From a bacterium UBA2214 (GTDB taxonomy: Bacteria; Zhuqueibacterota; Zhuqueibacteria; Residuimicrobiales; Residuimicrobiaceae): a stretch of 64,000 bases of DNA. Location of the stretch: contig DCUM01000204.1 of the NCBI GenBank assembly GCA_002327255.1, positions 781-64,780 on the forward strand, read 5' to 3'. Of this stretch, positions 26,152 through 35,708 are shown one piece after another (positions within the stretch are counted from its first letter, which is position 1; each line of letters starts with the position of its first letter). The notes beneath the pieces were generated by a model. The model did not search any database, was not told the origin of the DNA, and saw nothing but the letters and a program-made list of their open reading frames with translations. The position numbers and the translations under genes were made by a program.

Positions 26152-27321
26152 ATGTCGAACGTGAAGATTATTCAATTTTCCAACAAAACCGCCCAGGATC
26201 GCCGTCTCTTGAAAGTATTCGTCGATTTTCACTGGAAACACTATGAGCACGATCCGCAGTACATCCCCCTGCTCGATTATGAGTATCTCGGATTCAAACT
26301 CCTCGGCATGACCGGTTTTTTTGAACCCGGCAATCTGTTCTTCAAGCATGGGGAAATGGTTTTTTTTCTGGCCCAGTGCGGCGATCACATCGTCGGCTGC
26401 TGCAACGCCTTTGTCAATCATAATCACAACAAACACTGGAATGACAAGGTCGGCTTCTTCGGCCAGTTCGAAACCATCGATGACCAGGAGGTCGCTGAAG
26501 CGCTGTTGAACGCCGCAGCCACCTGGCTGAGAAGCAAAGGCATGACCGCCATGCGCGGCCCGCAGAATCTGCCGGTCAACGAAGCCACCCCGGGGTGTCT
26601 GGTGGAGGGGTTCGACACCCGCCCCGTGGTCTATTATCATTACAACAAGCCCTATTATGAAAAGATTTTGCAAGCTTATCAGATGCAGGTGGTCAAACGC
26701 GTCAAATCCTGGGAAGTGCCCGTGGACCGGCCCATGGAGGAGAAGCTGGGGCGCGTCGGCAAAAAGGTGATGGAGCACTATGGCGTGCGCGTCGAAAACT
26801 GGGGAGAGCGGCCGTTGCCGGTGCGCAAGGAGGAGATGCTGCAGGTCTACAATGAGGCCTGGAATGACAACTGGGGCTATGTGCCCTTCACCCGGGAAGA
26901 GTTTTGCAAAAACATCGACGATATGCAACTGATCATGGAAAAAGGTCTCTTTATCTTTGTCTATGTCAAGGATGAATTGGCCGCTTTTTTTGGCGGCGTG
27001 CCGAATATTTTTGAACGCATGCAGCCGCTCTCCTGGTGCCGCCGTTGTGAATTTGTCCGCGCGGCGCGCATGCTGCTGTCCAGACACAAGATAAGAGGGT
27101 TCCGGCTCGGCTACATGGGCGTCCGGCCCAAATTCCGCCGGCTCGGCCTCGACGGCGTCATGTTGTGGCAGCAAAAGATCTTTGCGCAGCAGAAGGGTTA
27201 CGACTATAGCGATCTCGGCTGGGTGCTGGAAGATAATGTGCTGATCATACGCGTCGTCGAAATGATGCAGGACGTCAGGCTCTCCAAAGTCTATGCCATT
27301 TTTCAAAAAGAGCTTGTCTGA
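26152..27321 (+). CDS. Hypothetical protein, probable GNAT/FemAB-like acyltransferase fold, embedded in SOS cassette
   Basis: 389 aa with GGGAG RBS. It has two halves with an acyl-CoA N-acyltransferase-like pattern. No specific family is recognised with certainty. Confidence 0.45.
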   Translation: MSNVKIIQFSNKTAQDRRLLKVFVDFHWKHYEHDPQYIPLLDYEYLGFKLLGMTGFFEPGNLFFKHGEMVFFLAQCGDHIVGCCNAFVNHNHNKHWNDKVGFFGQFETIDDQEVAEALLNAAATWLRSKGMTAMRGPQNLPVNEATPGCLVEGFDTRPVVYYHYNKPYYEKILQAYQMQVVKRVKSWEVPVDRPMEEKLGRVGKKVMEHYGVRVENWGERPLPVRKEEMLQVYNEAWNDNWGYVPFTREEFCKNIDDMQLIMEKGLFIFVYVKDELAAFFGGVPNIFERMQPLSWCRRCEFVRAARMLLSRHKIRGFRLGYMGVRPKFRRLGLDGVMLWQQKIFAQQKGYDYSDLGWVLEDNVLIIRVVEMMQDVRLSKVYAIFQKELV

Positions 27322-27329
27322 GCGCTGCG

Positions 27330-30300
27330 ATGTCCCCGGCAGGAGCTCCCGGTGGTTTTGTCCACCTGCATGTTCACTCCCATTACAGTCTGTGCCGGGG
27401 CGCCAATACCATCGCGGATATCTGCCGCCGCGCCCGCGACATCGGCCTTTCTCATCTCGCCCTGACCGATACCAACGGCATCTACGGACTGGTGTGGTTT
27501 CTCCAGGAGGCGCGCGCGCAGGGTATCCAGCCCCTCATCGGCGCCTTTCTGCAGCACCAATCCAACCACGCGGTGATGCTGGCGAAAAATCGCGCCGGCT
27601 ACCGCACGCTGTGCCGCACCCTGACCGCCCTGCACGGGGATGACCCTTTCGACCTCATCACCTGGCTGCAGCGCAACCGGGAGCAGACCATCCTCTTCAG
27701 CGACGATCTCCAGCTGCTCACCGCCCTGACGGATTCCGGCGTGCGCGATGATCTCTACGCCGAGCTCATTCCGCACCGGCAACGCCACAAAATCCTGCAA
27801 TTCGCACGCGAAAGGCATCTTCCGCCGCTGGCGAGCCAGGGCGCCTATTTTCTCGACCGCGCCGATTATGCGGTGCATCGCCTCCTGCGCGCCATCGATC
27901 TGAACACCACGCTGACCCGTATTCCGGAGGCAGAACTGGCCGCGCCGCAGGCCTGTATGGCGACGCCGCGGGAGATGCAGCACTTTTTCCCGGATTGCCC
28001 GGAAGCCATCGAGAATACCCGCAAGATCGCCGCAGCATGCGCTTTCGATCTCGATTTCGGCGGCGCTATTTTTCCCTCTTTCAGCGGTCCGGATGGGGAG
28101 GATGCACAGACTTGTCTTCAGGATCAGGTCGAAAAAGGCGCCCTGTGGCGTTACGACGCCATCACACCTCCGGTTCAACAACGCATGGTGTATGAACTGG
28201 ATCTCATCAACCGCAAGGGATTCGCGCCCTATTTTCTGGTCGTCGCCGACGCCGTGCGCCAGGCGCCGCGCACCTGCGGACGCGGATCCGCGGCCGCCAG
28301 TCTGGTGAGCTATTGCCTCGGCATCACCCATGTCGATCCCATCAAATACGATCTTTTTTTCGAACGCTTTCTCAATCCGGGGCGCATCGATCCACCGGAT
28401 ATCGATGTCGATTTTCCCTGGGATGAGCGCGACGATATCATTGATTACCTCTTTCGCAAATATGGCCGGTCGTGCGTGGCCATGATCGCCAACCACAACG
28501 GCTTCAAGGCGCGCTCTGCCGTGCGTGAAATCGCCAAAGTGTATGGCCTCCCGGATCGCGAAATAGGCCTCATCACCAAAAAGCTGACCAGTTATTGGCA
28601 GCCCGGCAATCTTGAGGAAGTGATCGCCACCCATCCGGTTTTCCACGGCACGGAATTGCGTCCGCCGTGGCCCGAAATTTTGCAGATGGCAGATAAAATC
28701 CGCGGTTTTCCACGGCATCTTTCCATTCACTGCGGCGGCGTCGTCATCGCCCCGGATGGACTCGATCACTATTGTGCCGTGCAACCGGCCAAAAAGATAC
28801 TTCAACCTGCCGGCGTTCTCTCCCGCGGCGACACGGGGCTGCCGCGGGCGCTCGAGCATGTGCAAGTGGTACACTGGGAGAAAGACCAGTCGGAAGAGAT
28901 GGGTCTGGTGAAAATGGACATCCTCGGCAACCGCTCCCTGGCCGTCATCCGCGATGCACGCCGTGCGGTGCTGGACAACTATGGCGTGGAACTGGACTTC
29001 AACCGCATCAATCCCCAGGAAGATGAAGCGACCCGGGCGTTGCTGGCGCGCGGCGACACCATCGGCGTCTTTTATGTGGAATCACCCGCCATGCGGCAGT
29101 TGCAACGCAAGACCGGCAAAGGCGACTTTGAACATCTGGTCATTCACAGCTCCATCATCCGGCCGGCCGCGGCGGTCTTCATTCAGGAATACGTCCGCCG
29201 TTTGCGCGGCGGCGCCTGGACCCCCCTGCATCCGGCTGTGGAGGAGTTGCTCCGGGAAACCTATGGTATCATGGTCTATCAGGAGGACGTCTCGAAAGTC
29301 GCCATCGCTTTGGCCGATTTTGATGCATCCGGCGCCGACGAACTGCGCAAGATCGTCACCAAGAAAAACAAACATCGCCAGTTGGCTGATTATAAGGAGC
29401 GTTTTTTTTGCGGCGCCATGAAAAAAGGCGCCGACGCGGAGATGTGCGAAAAAATATGGGCGATGATCCTGAGTTTCGCCGAATACAGTTTTTGCAAGCC
29501 ACATTCGGCCTCCTTTGCGCTGGTCTCCTGCCAGTCGGCCTATTTGCGCGTTCATTATCCGGCCGAGTTCATCGCCGCGGTGATCAGCAATCAGGGCGGT
29601 TATTATTCGACCTTTGCGTATGTGTCGGAAGCGCGGCGCATGGGACTGGAAGTCCTGGCGCCGGACATCAACCAGAGTCTGCAGAAATACACGGGCGTGG
29701 AGCGTCAGGTGCGCGTGGGATTGATGCAATTGAAGGGATTGTCGCAGCACGCCCTTGAAACCGTGCTGGCGGAGAGAGAAAAAAACGGGCCCTTTGCTTC
29801 TTTTTGCGATTTTTTGTCCCGCGTCACTTTGGATGCGACGGATATTGCTATCTTTATAAAGGCGGGATGCTTTGATATCCTCGAATCGGGACAAACCCGG
29901 CCGCAACTGGTATGGCATCTGCATGGGTGGCAGGCGCAGAAAAAAGCGTTATCCACTCCCGGCGCCACCCTTTCTCTCTTTGAGGCAGACACCCGAACAC
30001 CGCAGGGACTTCCCGCTCCACCCGCCTATTGTGCCGAGCAAGTGTGGCGGATGGAAGAAGAAATTCTCGGATTTCTGCTGTCGCAGCATCCGCTGATGCT
30101 GTATACGGCCAAAATTCAGCGCATCCCGCATGTCCGGGGTTGTGATTTGCAGCGGCATATCGGCAAACGGGTTCATACCATCGGCTGGCTCATCACCGCC
30201 AAGGTGGTCAGCACCCGGAATAAAGACCTCATGGAATTCGTCAGTTTTGAAGACACGACGGCCATCTATGAGACCACTTTTTTCCCAAAAGCGTATGCCC

Positions 30301-30407
30301 GCTTCGCGCAGCGGATGAGCAACGATCGTCCCTTTCTGTTACAGGGCACAGTCGATGAACAATTTGGCGCCGTCTATCTGAATGTCGAAGAGATGAACTA
30401 TTTGTGA
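27330..30407 (+). CDS. dnaE2: Error-prone DNA polymerase DnaE2 (ImuC), Pol III alpha paralogue
   Basis: 1025 aa, a DnaE2-typical size. PHP domain HLHVHSHYSLCRGA. Catalytic FPDIDVDF. Finger GRGSAAASLVSYCLGITHVDP. It is the last gene of the lexA-imuB operon. Confidence 0.85.
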   Translation: MSPAGAPGGFVHLHVHSHYSLCRGANTIADICRRARDIGLSHLALTDTNGIYGLVWFLQEARAQGIQPLIGAFLQHQSNHAVMLAKNRAGYRTLCRTLTALHGDDPFDLITWLQRNREQTILFSDDLQLLTALTDSGVRDDLYAELIPHRQRHKILQFARERHLPPLASQGAYFLDRADYAVHRLLRAIDLNTTLTRIPEAELAAPQACMATPREMQHFFPDCPEAIENTRKIAAACAFDLDFGGAIFPSFSGPDGEDAQTCLQDQVEKGALWRYDAITPPVQQRMVYELDLINRKGFAPYFLVVADAVRQAPRTCGRGSAAASLVSYCLGITHVDPIKYDLFFERFLNPGRIDPPDIDVDFPWDERDDIIDYLFRKYGRSCVAMIANHNGFKARSAVREIAKVYGLPDREIGLITKKLTSYWQPGNLEEVIATHPVFHGTELRPPWPEILQMADKIRGFPRHLSIHCGGVVIAPDGLDHYCAVQPAKKILQPAGVLSRGDTGLPRALEHVQVVHWEKDQSEEMGLVKMDILGNRSLAVIRDARRAVLDNYGVELDFNRINPQEDEATRALLARGDTIGVFYVESPAMRQLQRKTGKGDFEHLVIHSSIIRPAAAVFIQEYVRRLRGGAWTPLHPAVEELLRETYGIMVYQEDVSKVAIALADFDASGADELRKIVTKKNKHRQLADYKERFFCGAMKKGADAEMCEKIWAMILSFAEYSFCKPHSASFALVSCQSAYLRVHYPAEFIAAVISNQGGYYSTFAYVSEARRMGLEVLAPDINQSLQKYTGVERQVRVGLMQLKGLSQHALETVLAEREKNGPFASFCDFLSRVTLDATDIAIFIKAGCFDILESGQTRPQLVWHLHGWQAQKKALSTPGATLSLFEADTRTPQGLPAPPAYCAEQVWRMEEEILGFLLSQHPLMLYTAKIQRIPHVRGCDLQRHIGKRVHTIGWLITAKVVSTRNKDLMEFVSFEDTTAIYETTFFPKAYARFAQRMSNDRPFLLQGTVDEQFGAVYLNVEEMNYL

Positions 30408-30436
30408 TCGTGAAAAGCGGCTGCCGGCTTTGATAC

Positions 30437-31519
30437 TTGAATACGAGTACGCCCTGTACAATCCCCGTTGAGATGACAGAGGAACAGATGCACAACCTAT
30501 CCCTACAGCGTTTCATTAAAGAACTGCCCAAAGTGGAATTGCATCTCCATCTGGAAGGCGCCATCCGTCCCGAGACGGCTCTGAATTTGATGCGCCGCAA
30601 CCGTTCGGCCCCTTTGCCTGAAAACAGCGAACAGGTCAGGGCGTTATACCGTTTTGAGGATCTCTCCCAGTTTGTCCTCGCCATGCGTGCGGTCTCCAAT
30701 CATATCCGCTCTCTGGAAGATTTGCAAAATATCACGCAGGAAATGCTCAGCGATCTCATTGCGCAACACACCTTCTATGTCGAATTTGATTGTGCCCTGC
30801 AAAAATATATCGATCTGGGCTACCCCCTGGTGGAGATTCTCGAGGCGCTCCATGCGACGACGCAGGCCTTCCGGGAGCAGATTCATGCCCGCCTCATCGT
30901 CAATTTGCAGCGTTCCCATGGTTCTGACAAAACGGCCGCGCTGGTCGAGGAAGTAGCCCGCCTCAATCATCCCCTGGTCGCCGGGATCGGATTATCGGGG
31001 GATGAATCCAGATTTCCGCAAAAATGGTTTGTGCGCGCCTTTGCGGTGGCCCGGGAGGCGGGCCTGAAGCGTACCGTGCACGCCGGTGAAGCCCTCGGTC
31101 CGGAGAGCATCCGGGAGGCGCTCGACCTCCTGCATGCCCAGCGCATCGATCACGGCACGCAGGCCCATAAAGACGCGCATCTGCTGGAGCGTCTGAAAGC
31201 GGAGGGCATCCCCCTGACCCAGTGCATCAGCAGCAATGTGCGCTTGCATATCGTCGATCGCATCGAGGATCATCCCTTTGTGGATTACCTGCGCGGGGGT
31301 CTGGTGACGGCCTTGCACACGGATGATCCACAGGTCTTTGGCATCTCATTGACATCAGAGTATGAACTGGCCGCCACAACCTTCGACCTCTCCCGTGAGG
31401 AAATCGTACAAATTCTGTTGAATGGCATCCAGGGTTCATTTATGCCCGATCGCATTCGCCACAGCCTGATCGGCCAATTCAAGGCCCTTTACGCCGATCA
31501 ACACACCCTTTCAGCGTGA
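30437..31519 (+). CDS. add: Adenosine deaminase
   Basis: PKVELHLHLEGAIRPET, TVHAGEALG (HAGE motif), ALHTDDPQVFGISL. Confidence 0.8.
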   Translation: MNTSTPCTIPVEMTEEQMHNLSLQRFIKELPKVELHLHLEGAIRPETALNLMRRNRSAPLPENSEQVRALYRFEDLSQFVLAMRAVSNHIRSLEDLQNITQEMLSDLIAQHTFYVEFDCALQKYIDLGYPLVEILEALHATTQAFREQIHARLIVNLQRSHGSDKTAALVEEVARLNHPLVAGIGLSGDESRFPQKWFVRAFAVAREAGLKRTVHAGEALGPESIREALDLLHAQRIDHGTQAHKDAHLLERLKAEGIPLTQCISSNVRLHIVDRIEDHPFVDYLRGGLVTALHTDDPQVFGISLTSEYELAATTFDLSREEIVQILLNGIQGSFMPDRIRHSLIGQFKALYADQHTLSA

Positions 31520-31664
31520 AAGATTCCCGCAAGGCGTTCCATGGCCGCTGTCGAGAACGCCGCGAGGCTCGGCATCGATACTATCTTTTCCCGCTTTAAA
31601 TCTGGTTTCATCAGCAAAAAGGCATGAAGGGGCAGTGACCTATGCCCTTCAAGGAGAGCTCCGC

Positions 31665-32402
31665 TCAGAGAAACCGGATATTGCGCTGTGAGAGGTCCGA
31701 TTCAATTTCCTGCAAATCAGTCCACTTGCCCACATCCCGCCAGTAGCAGTCATCCATCTGATGGCCCATGATGCGTTCACCCCGCCCCGCCGCCCGCAGA
31801 TAGGCGTCGATACTGGAAAATTTATCGGCGGGATAGTTGCCAAAAAGGAGTGGATCGATGACCTGAATGCCATTAAAGGCCCAAGGGAGGGGTTTGCCCC
31901 GGGGTTGGCGCACCCATTCACAGCGTCTTGCGTCGGCGGCCATCCGTCCGCATAAGAGGTGACTTTCATCGAACAACAAATAGCGCCGGGTGGGACGGCT
32001 TTGTAGCGCCAGCGTGGCCCTGTTGCCGTGGCGGAGGTGCGCTTCATAGAGCCGTTCCAGGGGCAGATCCGAAAAGACATCGACATTGTGCACCAGAATC
32101 GGGGCATCGCTGCCGAGGAGAGGTATCATCTTTTTGATGCCGCCGCCGGTCTCCAGGATCTCGGCTTCGATGGACAGATGTATTTTGAGAGTTTCCGCCG
32201 CATAGGTGGCGAGAAATTCAACGAGCTGGTCGGCGAGGTGGTGTCCATTGATGGCGATTTCGTCAAAACCGGCGTGCTGCAGCCGCTGCAGGACGTGGGC
32301 AAGGAGCGGCTTGCCCGCCACCGGGATCAACGCTTTGGGTGTTTTGTCGGTGAGCGGCCGCAAGCGGGTGCCGAATCCGGCCGCCAGGATCATCGCTCTC
32401 AT
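31665..32402 (-). CDS. murU: Sugar-1-phosphate nucleotidyltransferase (MurU-like N-acetylmuramate-1-P uridylyltransferase / mannose-1-P guanylyltransferase family)
   Basis: MRAMILAAGFGTRLRPLTDKTPKALIPVAGKPLL NTP-transferase motif. It is in an operon with an AmgK-like kinase. Confidence 0.65.
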   Translation of the reverse strand: MRAMILAAGFGTRLRPLTDKTPKALIPVAGKPLLAHVLQRLQHAGFDEIAINGHHLADQLVEFLATYAAETLKIHLSIEAEILETGGGIKKMIPLLGSDAPILVHNVDVFSDLPLERLYEAHLRHGNRATLALQSRPTRRYLLFDESHLLCGRMAADARRCEWVRQPRGKPLPWAFNGIQVIDPLLFGNYPADKFSSIDAYLRAAGRGERIMGHQMDDCYWRDVGKWTDLQEIESDLSQRNIRFL

Positions 32403-32812
32403 GAAAAATCCGGTTTGTCCATGTGGGTGAGCCGCACCTGAAAACCCTCGCGGCGCAGACGGGCAGCCATCAGATCGGCACAGTACACCGAGCGGTGCTG
32501 TCCGCCCGTGCAGCCGAAGGATACCATGAGGTGTCCAAAGCCGCGCTGCTGATAATTCAGGGCGCTGTCGCGGATCAGCGTCCAGGCGTTCTCAATAAAA
32601 CGTTCGACCTGGGGACTTTTTTCCAGAAAGTCGCGCACCTCCGGGTCTTCTCCGGTGCGCTTGTGAAATTCAGGATCACGGCCGGGATTGGGAAGGCCGC
32701 GACAATCAAAGACAAAACCGCCGCCGTGACCGCCTGGATCACGCGGAATGCCTGAGACATGGAAACCGAAACTGAAGACGGAGATGGTCAGTGCTTCATG
32801 GTCTTTCATCAT
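32399..32812 (-). CDS. Stand-alone RapZ (YhbJ) C-terminal domain homologue, 137 aa
   Basis: SFGFHVSGIPRD...GFVFDCRGLPNPGRDPEF...DFL and HLMVSFGCTGGQHRSVYCADLMA closely match the RapZ CTD ([47 protein letters not shown]). There is no P-loop N-domain. Confidence 0.65.
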   Translation of the reverse strand: MMKDHEALTISVFSFGFHVSGIPRDPGGHGGGFVFDCRGLPNPGRDPEFHKRTGEDPEVRDFLEKSPQVERFIENAWTLIRDSALNYQQRGFGHLMVSFGCTGGQHRSVYCADLMAARLRREGFQVRLTHMDKPDFS

Positions 32813-32839
32813 GCTATTTCCCTGATGGCGGGTGCCACC

Positions 32840-33859
32840 CTACAGGTCGCGCAAGGTGGCGTCCTCGATGAGATCGGTGAATATCCGCCGCAAAACCGGC
32901 AGGTGTTCGAGCAAAGCGGCTTTGTGGTTTATGATTTCCAGATTCTGCAGGGCGTAAGGGACCGATTTCAGGAAATTCTTTTTGCCTTTGACGGTGGCCA
33001 GATACCCATAGGCCCCGAAGGCCTGCATGACGCGGATCATCACAAACCCGTAAAAGTAATGGAGAAAGTTTTCCGCGTCGCAGGGCTCCACTTCCTGCAG
33101 ACAATAGAGATAGTAATTCAACAATTCCTCGCGCACCGCCTGGGGTATGCTGGCTTTGGCATCGAAGAGGAGGGAGGCGACATCGTATTGCAGCGCCCCG
33201 CGGCGTCCCGATTGAAAATCGATGAAATAGGGTTCATCCTCCAGGATCATGATGTTGCGCGACTGAAAATCGCGATAGAGGAAAGAATCACCCGGTGCCT
33301 CCAGCAGGTGGCTGACCAGACGGTCAAAATCGCCCTCGAGAGCGCTTGCGTCAAAAGGCCGTTGGTAGAAAGCCGAGAGGAAGCGATGTTGAAAATAGCG
33401 TAAATCCCAGATCATGGATTCCCGGGAAAACCGGGCGTGCTGGTAACAATAGGAATAATCGAGGCGGCGGCCCGCCGTGATCTGCAGCCGCGGCAGCCAC
33501 TTCAAGACCTTTTTGTACATATCGATGATGCGGGTAGAGAATCCACCCTGCTGGCGAATGGGCGTCATCCATTCAAACAGCGTATAATGGCCCAGATCCT
33601 GTTCCAGGTAGACGCCATTTTCGAGGTCCTCGATATATATTTCCGGTACCGGGATGCCGCAGGCGAAAAAATGTCTGGCGAATTGAACAAACGCTTCATT
33701 TTCAGGCCGGTTATCGCCGGCGACGCCGATGATGGAACGATACGCGTTCTGCATGCGATAGACGCGCCGCTCCGAGCCGTCGCCTTTGAGCGGATTAATG
33801 CGATCGGGCGTCTCGTCATAACAGGTACGAAAAAGTTTTTCCAGCAGCCTTGTTTCCAA
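32840..33859 (-). CDS. amgK: Aminoglycoside-phosphotransferase-fold sugar kinase, AmgK-like (MurNAc/GlcNAc anomeric kinase)
   Basis: APH-family catalytic loop YRDFQSRNIMI (HxDxxxxN variant) and DFQSGRRG (DFG-like). It is paired with a MurU-like gene. Confidence 0.6.
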   Translation of the reverse strand: METRLLEKLFRTCYDETPDRINPLKGDGSERRVYRMQNAYRSIIGVAGDNRPENEAFVQFARHFFACGIPVPEIYIEDLENGVYLEQDLGHYTLFEWMTPIRQQGGFSTRIIDMYKKVLKWLPRLQITAGRRLDYSYCYQHARFSRESMIWDLRYFQHRFLSAFYQRPFDASALEGDFDRLVSHLLEAPGDSFLYRDFQSRNIMILEDEPYFIDFQSGRRGALQYDVASLLFDAKASIPQAVREELLNYYLYCLQEVEPCDAENFLHYFYGFVMIRVMQAFGAYGYLATVKGKKNFLKSVPYALQNLEIINHKAALLEHLPVLRRIFTDLIEDATLRDL

Positions 33860-34007
33860 TGAATTCCCGCAACGCTTGTTGATAAAACCTGTTTTCGCGT
33901 AACATAACCATTATTTCGTTGAAAACAAAATTATTTTCCCTGGAGCAGCGGAGAATCTTGGCATTTGCAATTTAATTCACTATATTGCTGCAGCAAATGG
34001 GAGACCG

Positions 34008-35633
34008 TTGGTGTTACACAGACTGATTCTTTTTTTTCTTGTTGTGCTCATCACCCCGCTGCAGGCGCAACTTCTCCAGGGCCGCGTCCGAGATGCGTAC
34101 ACGCGGCAACCGCTGGCCGGTGTATCGATCATCATCGAGGATTTGCAATCGGCGCAAAAGGATAGTGTCACGAGTGGTGAAGATGGCACCTGGGCATTGC
34201 AACGGAGCACGGGCATCAATGGCCCGGCGCGCTCGCCGCAACGGTTTGAACTCTATCCCAACTTTCCCAATCCCTTCAATCCGAGCACCGTCATCTCCTT
34301 CCAGACGCCGCACGCGGGTGCGGTGCAAATCACGGTCTACAACGTCCTTGGTCAGTTGATGGACACCCGGGAAGCTTTCCTCGCTCCCGGCCCGCACCGC
34401 ATTGGCTGGGACAGCAGGGGATCGGCCGGTGTCTATGTTTACCGCATCCGTTTCGGCCAGGAGATTCTCCAGGGCAAAATGCTGCAGTTGGATGATGGCA
34501 ACGGCAGCGGCTTGACCGCCTTCCATGCCGGTTCCGCCACGCAAGCGCTGTCCAAAGCCGCATCCGGCAAGGTGGCCCTGTACCTGAAAAAGTTCGCCTA
34601 TGCTTGCGATACGCTGCAGCTGACGCTTCAGGAAGCGGAATGGATCGAACACGGTCTGGAGACGATTCATCGCCGCAGCTGCGTCATCGATCTTCACAAC
34701 GATATTCTCGAACGGATGTATGAGAGTCCCACCTATCATCTCATCGATCGTCATACCATTTGGCAAACCGATATACCGCGTCTGGAGCAGGGCGGCATCG
34801 ATCTGCAGTTTTTCGCCATCTGGGTCAATCCCAAGGCATACAGCACAAATCCGTTCCAGACCGCATTGGCCATGATCGAACGCATGAAGGCCGAGATCGA
34901 TATGAGCCAGGGCAGGCTGCTGCAGGCGTTTTCAGCGGAAGAGGCGGAGCAAATTGTCGCTGGAAAAAAGATCGCCTATATGTTCGGGGTCGAGGGGGGG
35001 CACACCATCGAGAATGATTTGCAGAAACTCTATCAACTCTATCATCATGGTATGCGCTATCTCACCATCACCTGGAACAACAGCACCGACTGGGCGGTCT
35101 CCTGTGACGATGCGCGCCGCAACACCGTCGGGCTCTCGGAATTCGGCCGTCGCGTGATCCGCGCCTGCGATTCTCTGGGTGTGATGATTGATGTCTCCCA
35201 TGTCGGGGCGAAAACCATCCAGGACATTCTGCTCACCAGCAAGAACCCCATCGTAGCCACTCATTCGGGCGCCTACGCGTTGAGAGCTCATCAGCGCAAC
35301 CTCAGCGATGCCCAGATCAGAGCCCTTGCCGCCACAGGAGGGGTTGTGGGCGTCATCTTTTATCCGTCATTTCTGGTACCCAGCGGCACACGGTGCGATA
35401 TCTCCAGCGTGATCAGGCACATCGACCACCTGGTGCAGGTCGGCGGCATCGATCATGTTGCGCTCGGCTCCGATTTTGATGGCGTTTCCGATGTGCTTCC
35501 CCGTGGCCTCGAGGATGTCACCAAAATGCCGGATCTCACCGCAGCACTCCTGGCGCACGGATACACGTCTGAAGAAGTGCAGAAAATATTGGGTCGCAAC
35601 ATGCTGCGCGTCATCAGACGGGTCTGCCAATAG
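34008..35633 (+). CDS. Membrane dipeptidase (peptidase M19) with N-terminal carboxypeptidase-regulatory-like and FlgD-Ig/T9SS-tail-like domains
   Basis: Signal peptide. FELYPNFPNPFNPSTVISF...VYVYRIRFGQEILQGKMLQL is FlgD-Ig-like. M19 motifs: VIDLHNDIL, IDVSHVG, HSGAYAL. Confidence 0.75.
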   Translation: MVLHRLILFFLVVLITPLQAQLLQGRVRDAYTRQPLAGVSIIIEDLQSAQKDSVTSGEDGTWALQRSTGINGPARSPQRFELYPNFPNPFNPSTVISFQTPHAGAVQITVYNVLGQLMDTREAFLAPGPHRIGWDSRGSAGVYVYRIRFGQEILQGKMLQLDDGNGSGLTAFHAGSATQALSKAASGKVALYLKKFAYACDTLQLTLQEAEWIEHGLETIHRRSCVIDLHNDILERMYESPTYHLIDRHTIWQTDIPRLEQGGIDLQFFAIWVNPKAYSTNPFQTALAMIERMKAEIDMSQGRLLQAFSAEEAEQIVAGKKIAYMFGVEGGHTIENDLQKLYQLYHHGMRYLTITWNNSTDWAVSCDDARRNTVGLSEFGRRVIRACDSLGVMIDVSHVGAKTIQDILLTSKNPIVATHSGAYALRAHQRNLSDAQIRALAATGGVVGVIFYPSFLVPSGTRCDISSVIRHIDHLVQVGGIDHVALGSDFDGVSDVLPRGLEDVTKMPDLTAALLAHGYTSEEVQKILGRNMLRVIRRVCQ

Positions 35634-35708
35634 GGGCGGTTCGAAAAATGCTTGCGTTTTCGGGCGCCAATGATTAATTTAGGGCATCAAATACACAGAG
35701 GAGAATGA

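Noticed and set aside
26152-27321. Calling the 389-aa protein ImuA
   Set aside because: ImuA is a ~250-aa RecA/SulA-fold protein with a P-loop-like region. This protein has no Walker motif and looks like an acyltransferase fold, so it is only a positional substitute, not an ImuA homologue.
30408-30436. Hairpin AAGCGGCTGCCGGCTTT after dnaE2 as a terminator
   Set aside because: It has an imperfect stem with a bulge and no U-tract. The add gene starts 29 nt later with its own RBS, so it is probably a read-through or weak element.
31520-31664. Bidirectional terminator between convergent add and murU
   Set aside because: The hairpin (GAAGGGGCA...TGCCCTTC) is imperfect with an 8-nt loop and has no adjacent U-run on either strand. 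It is too weak to call.
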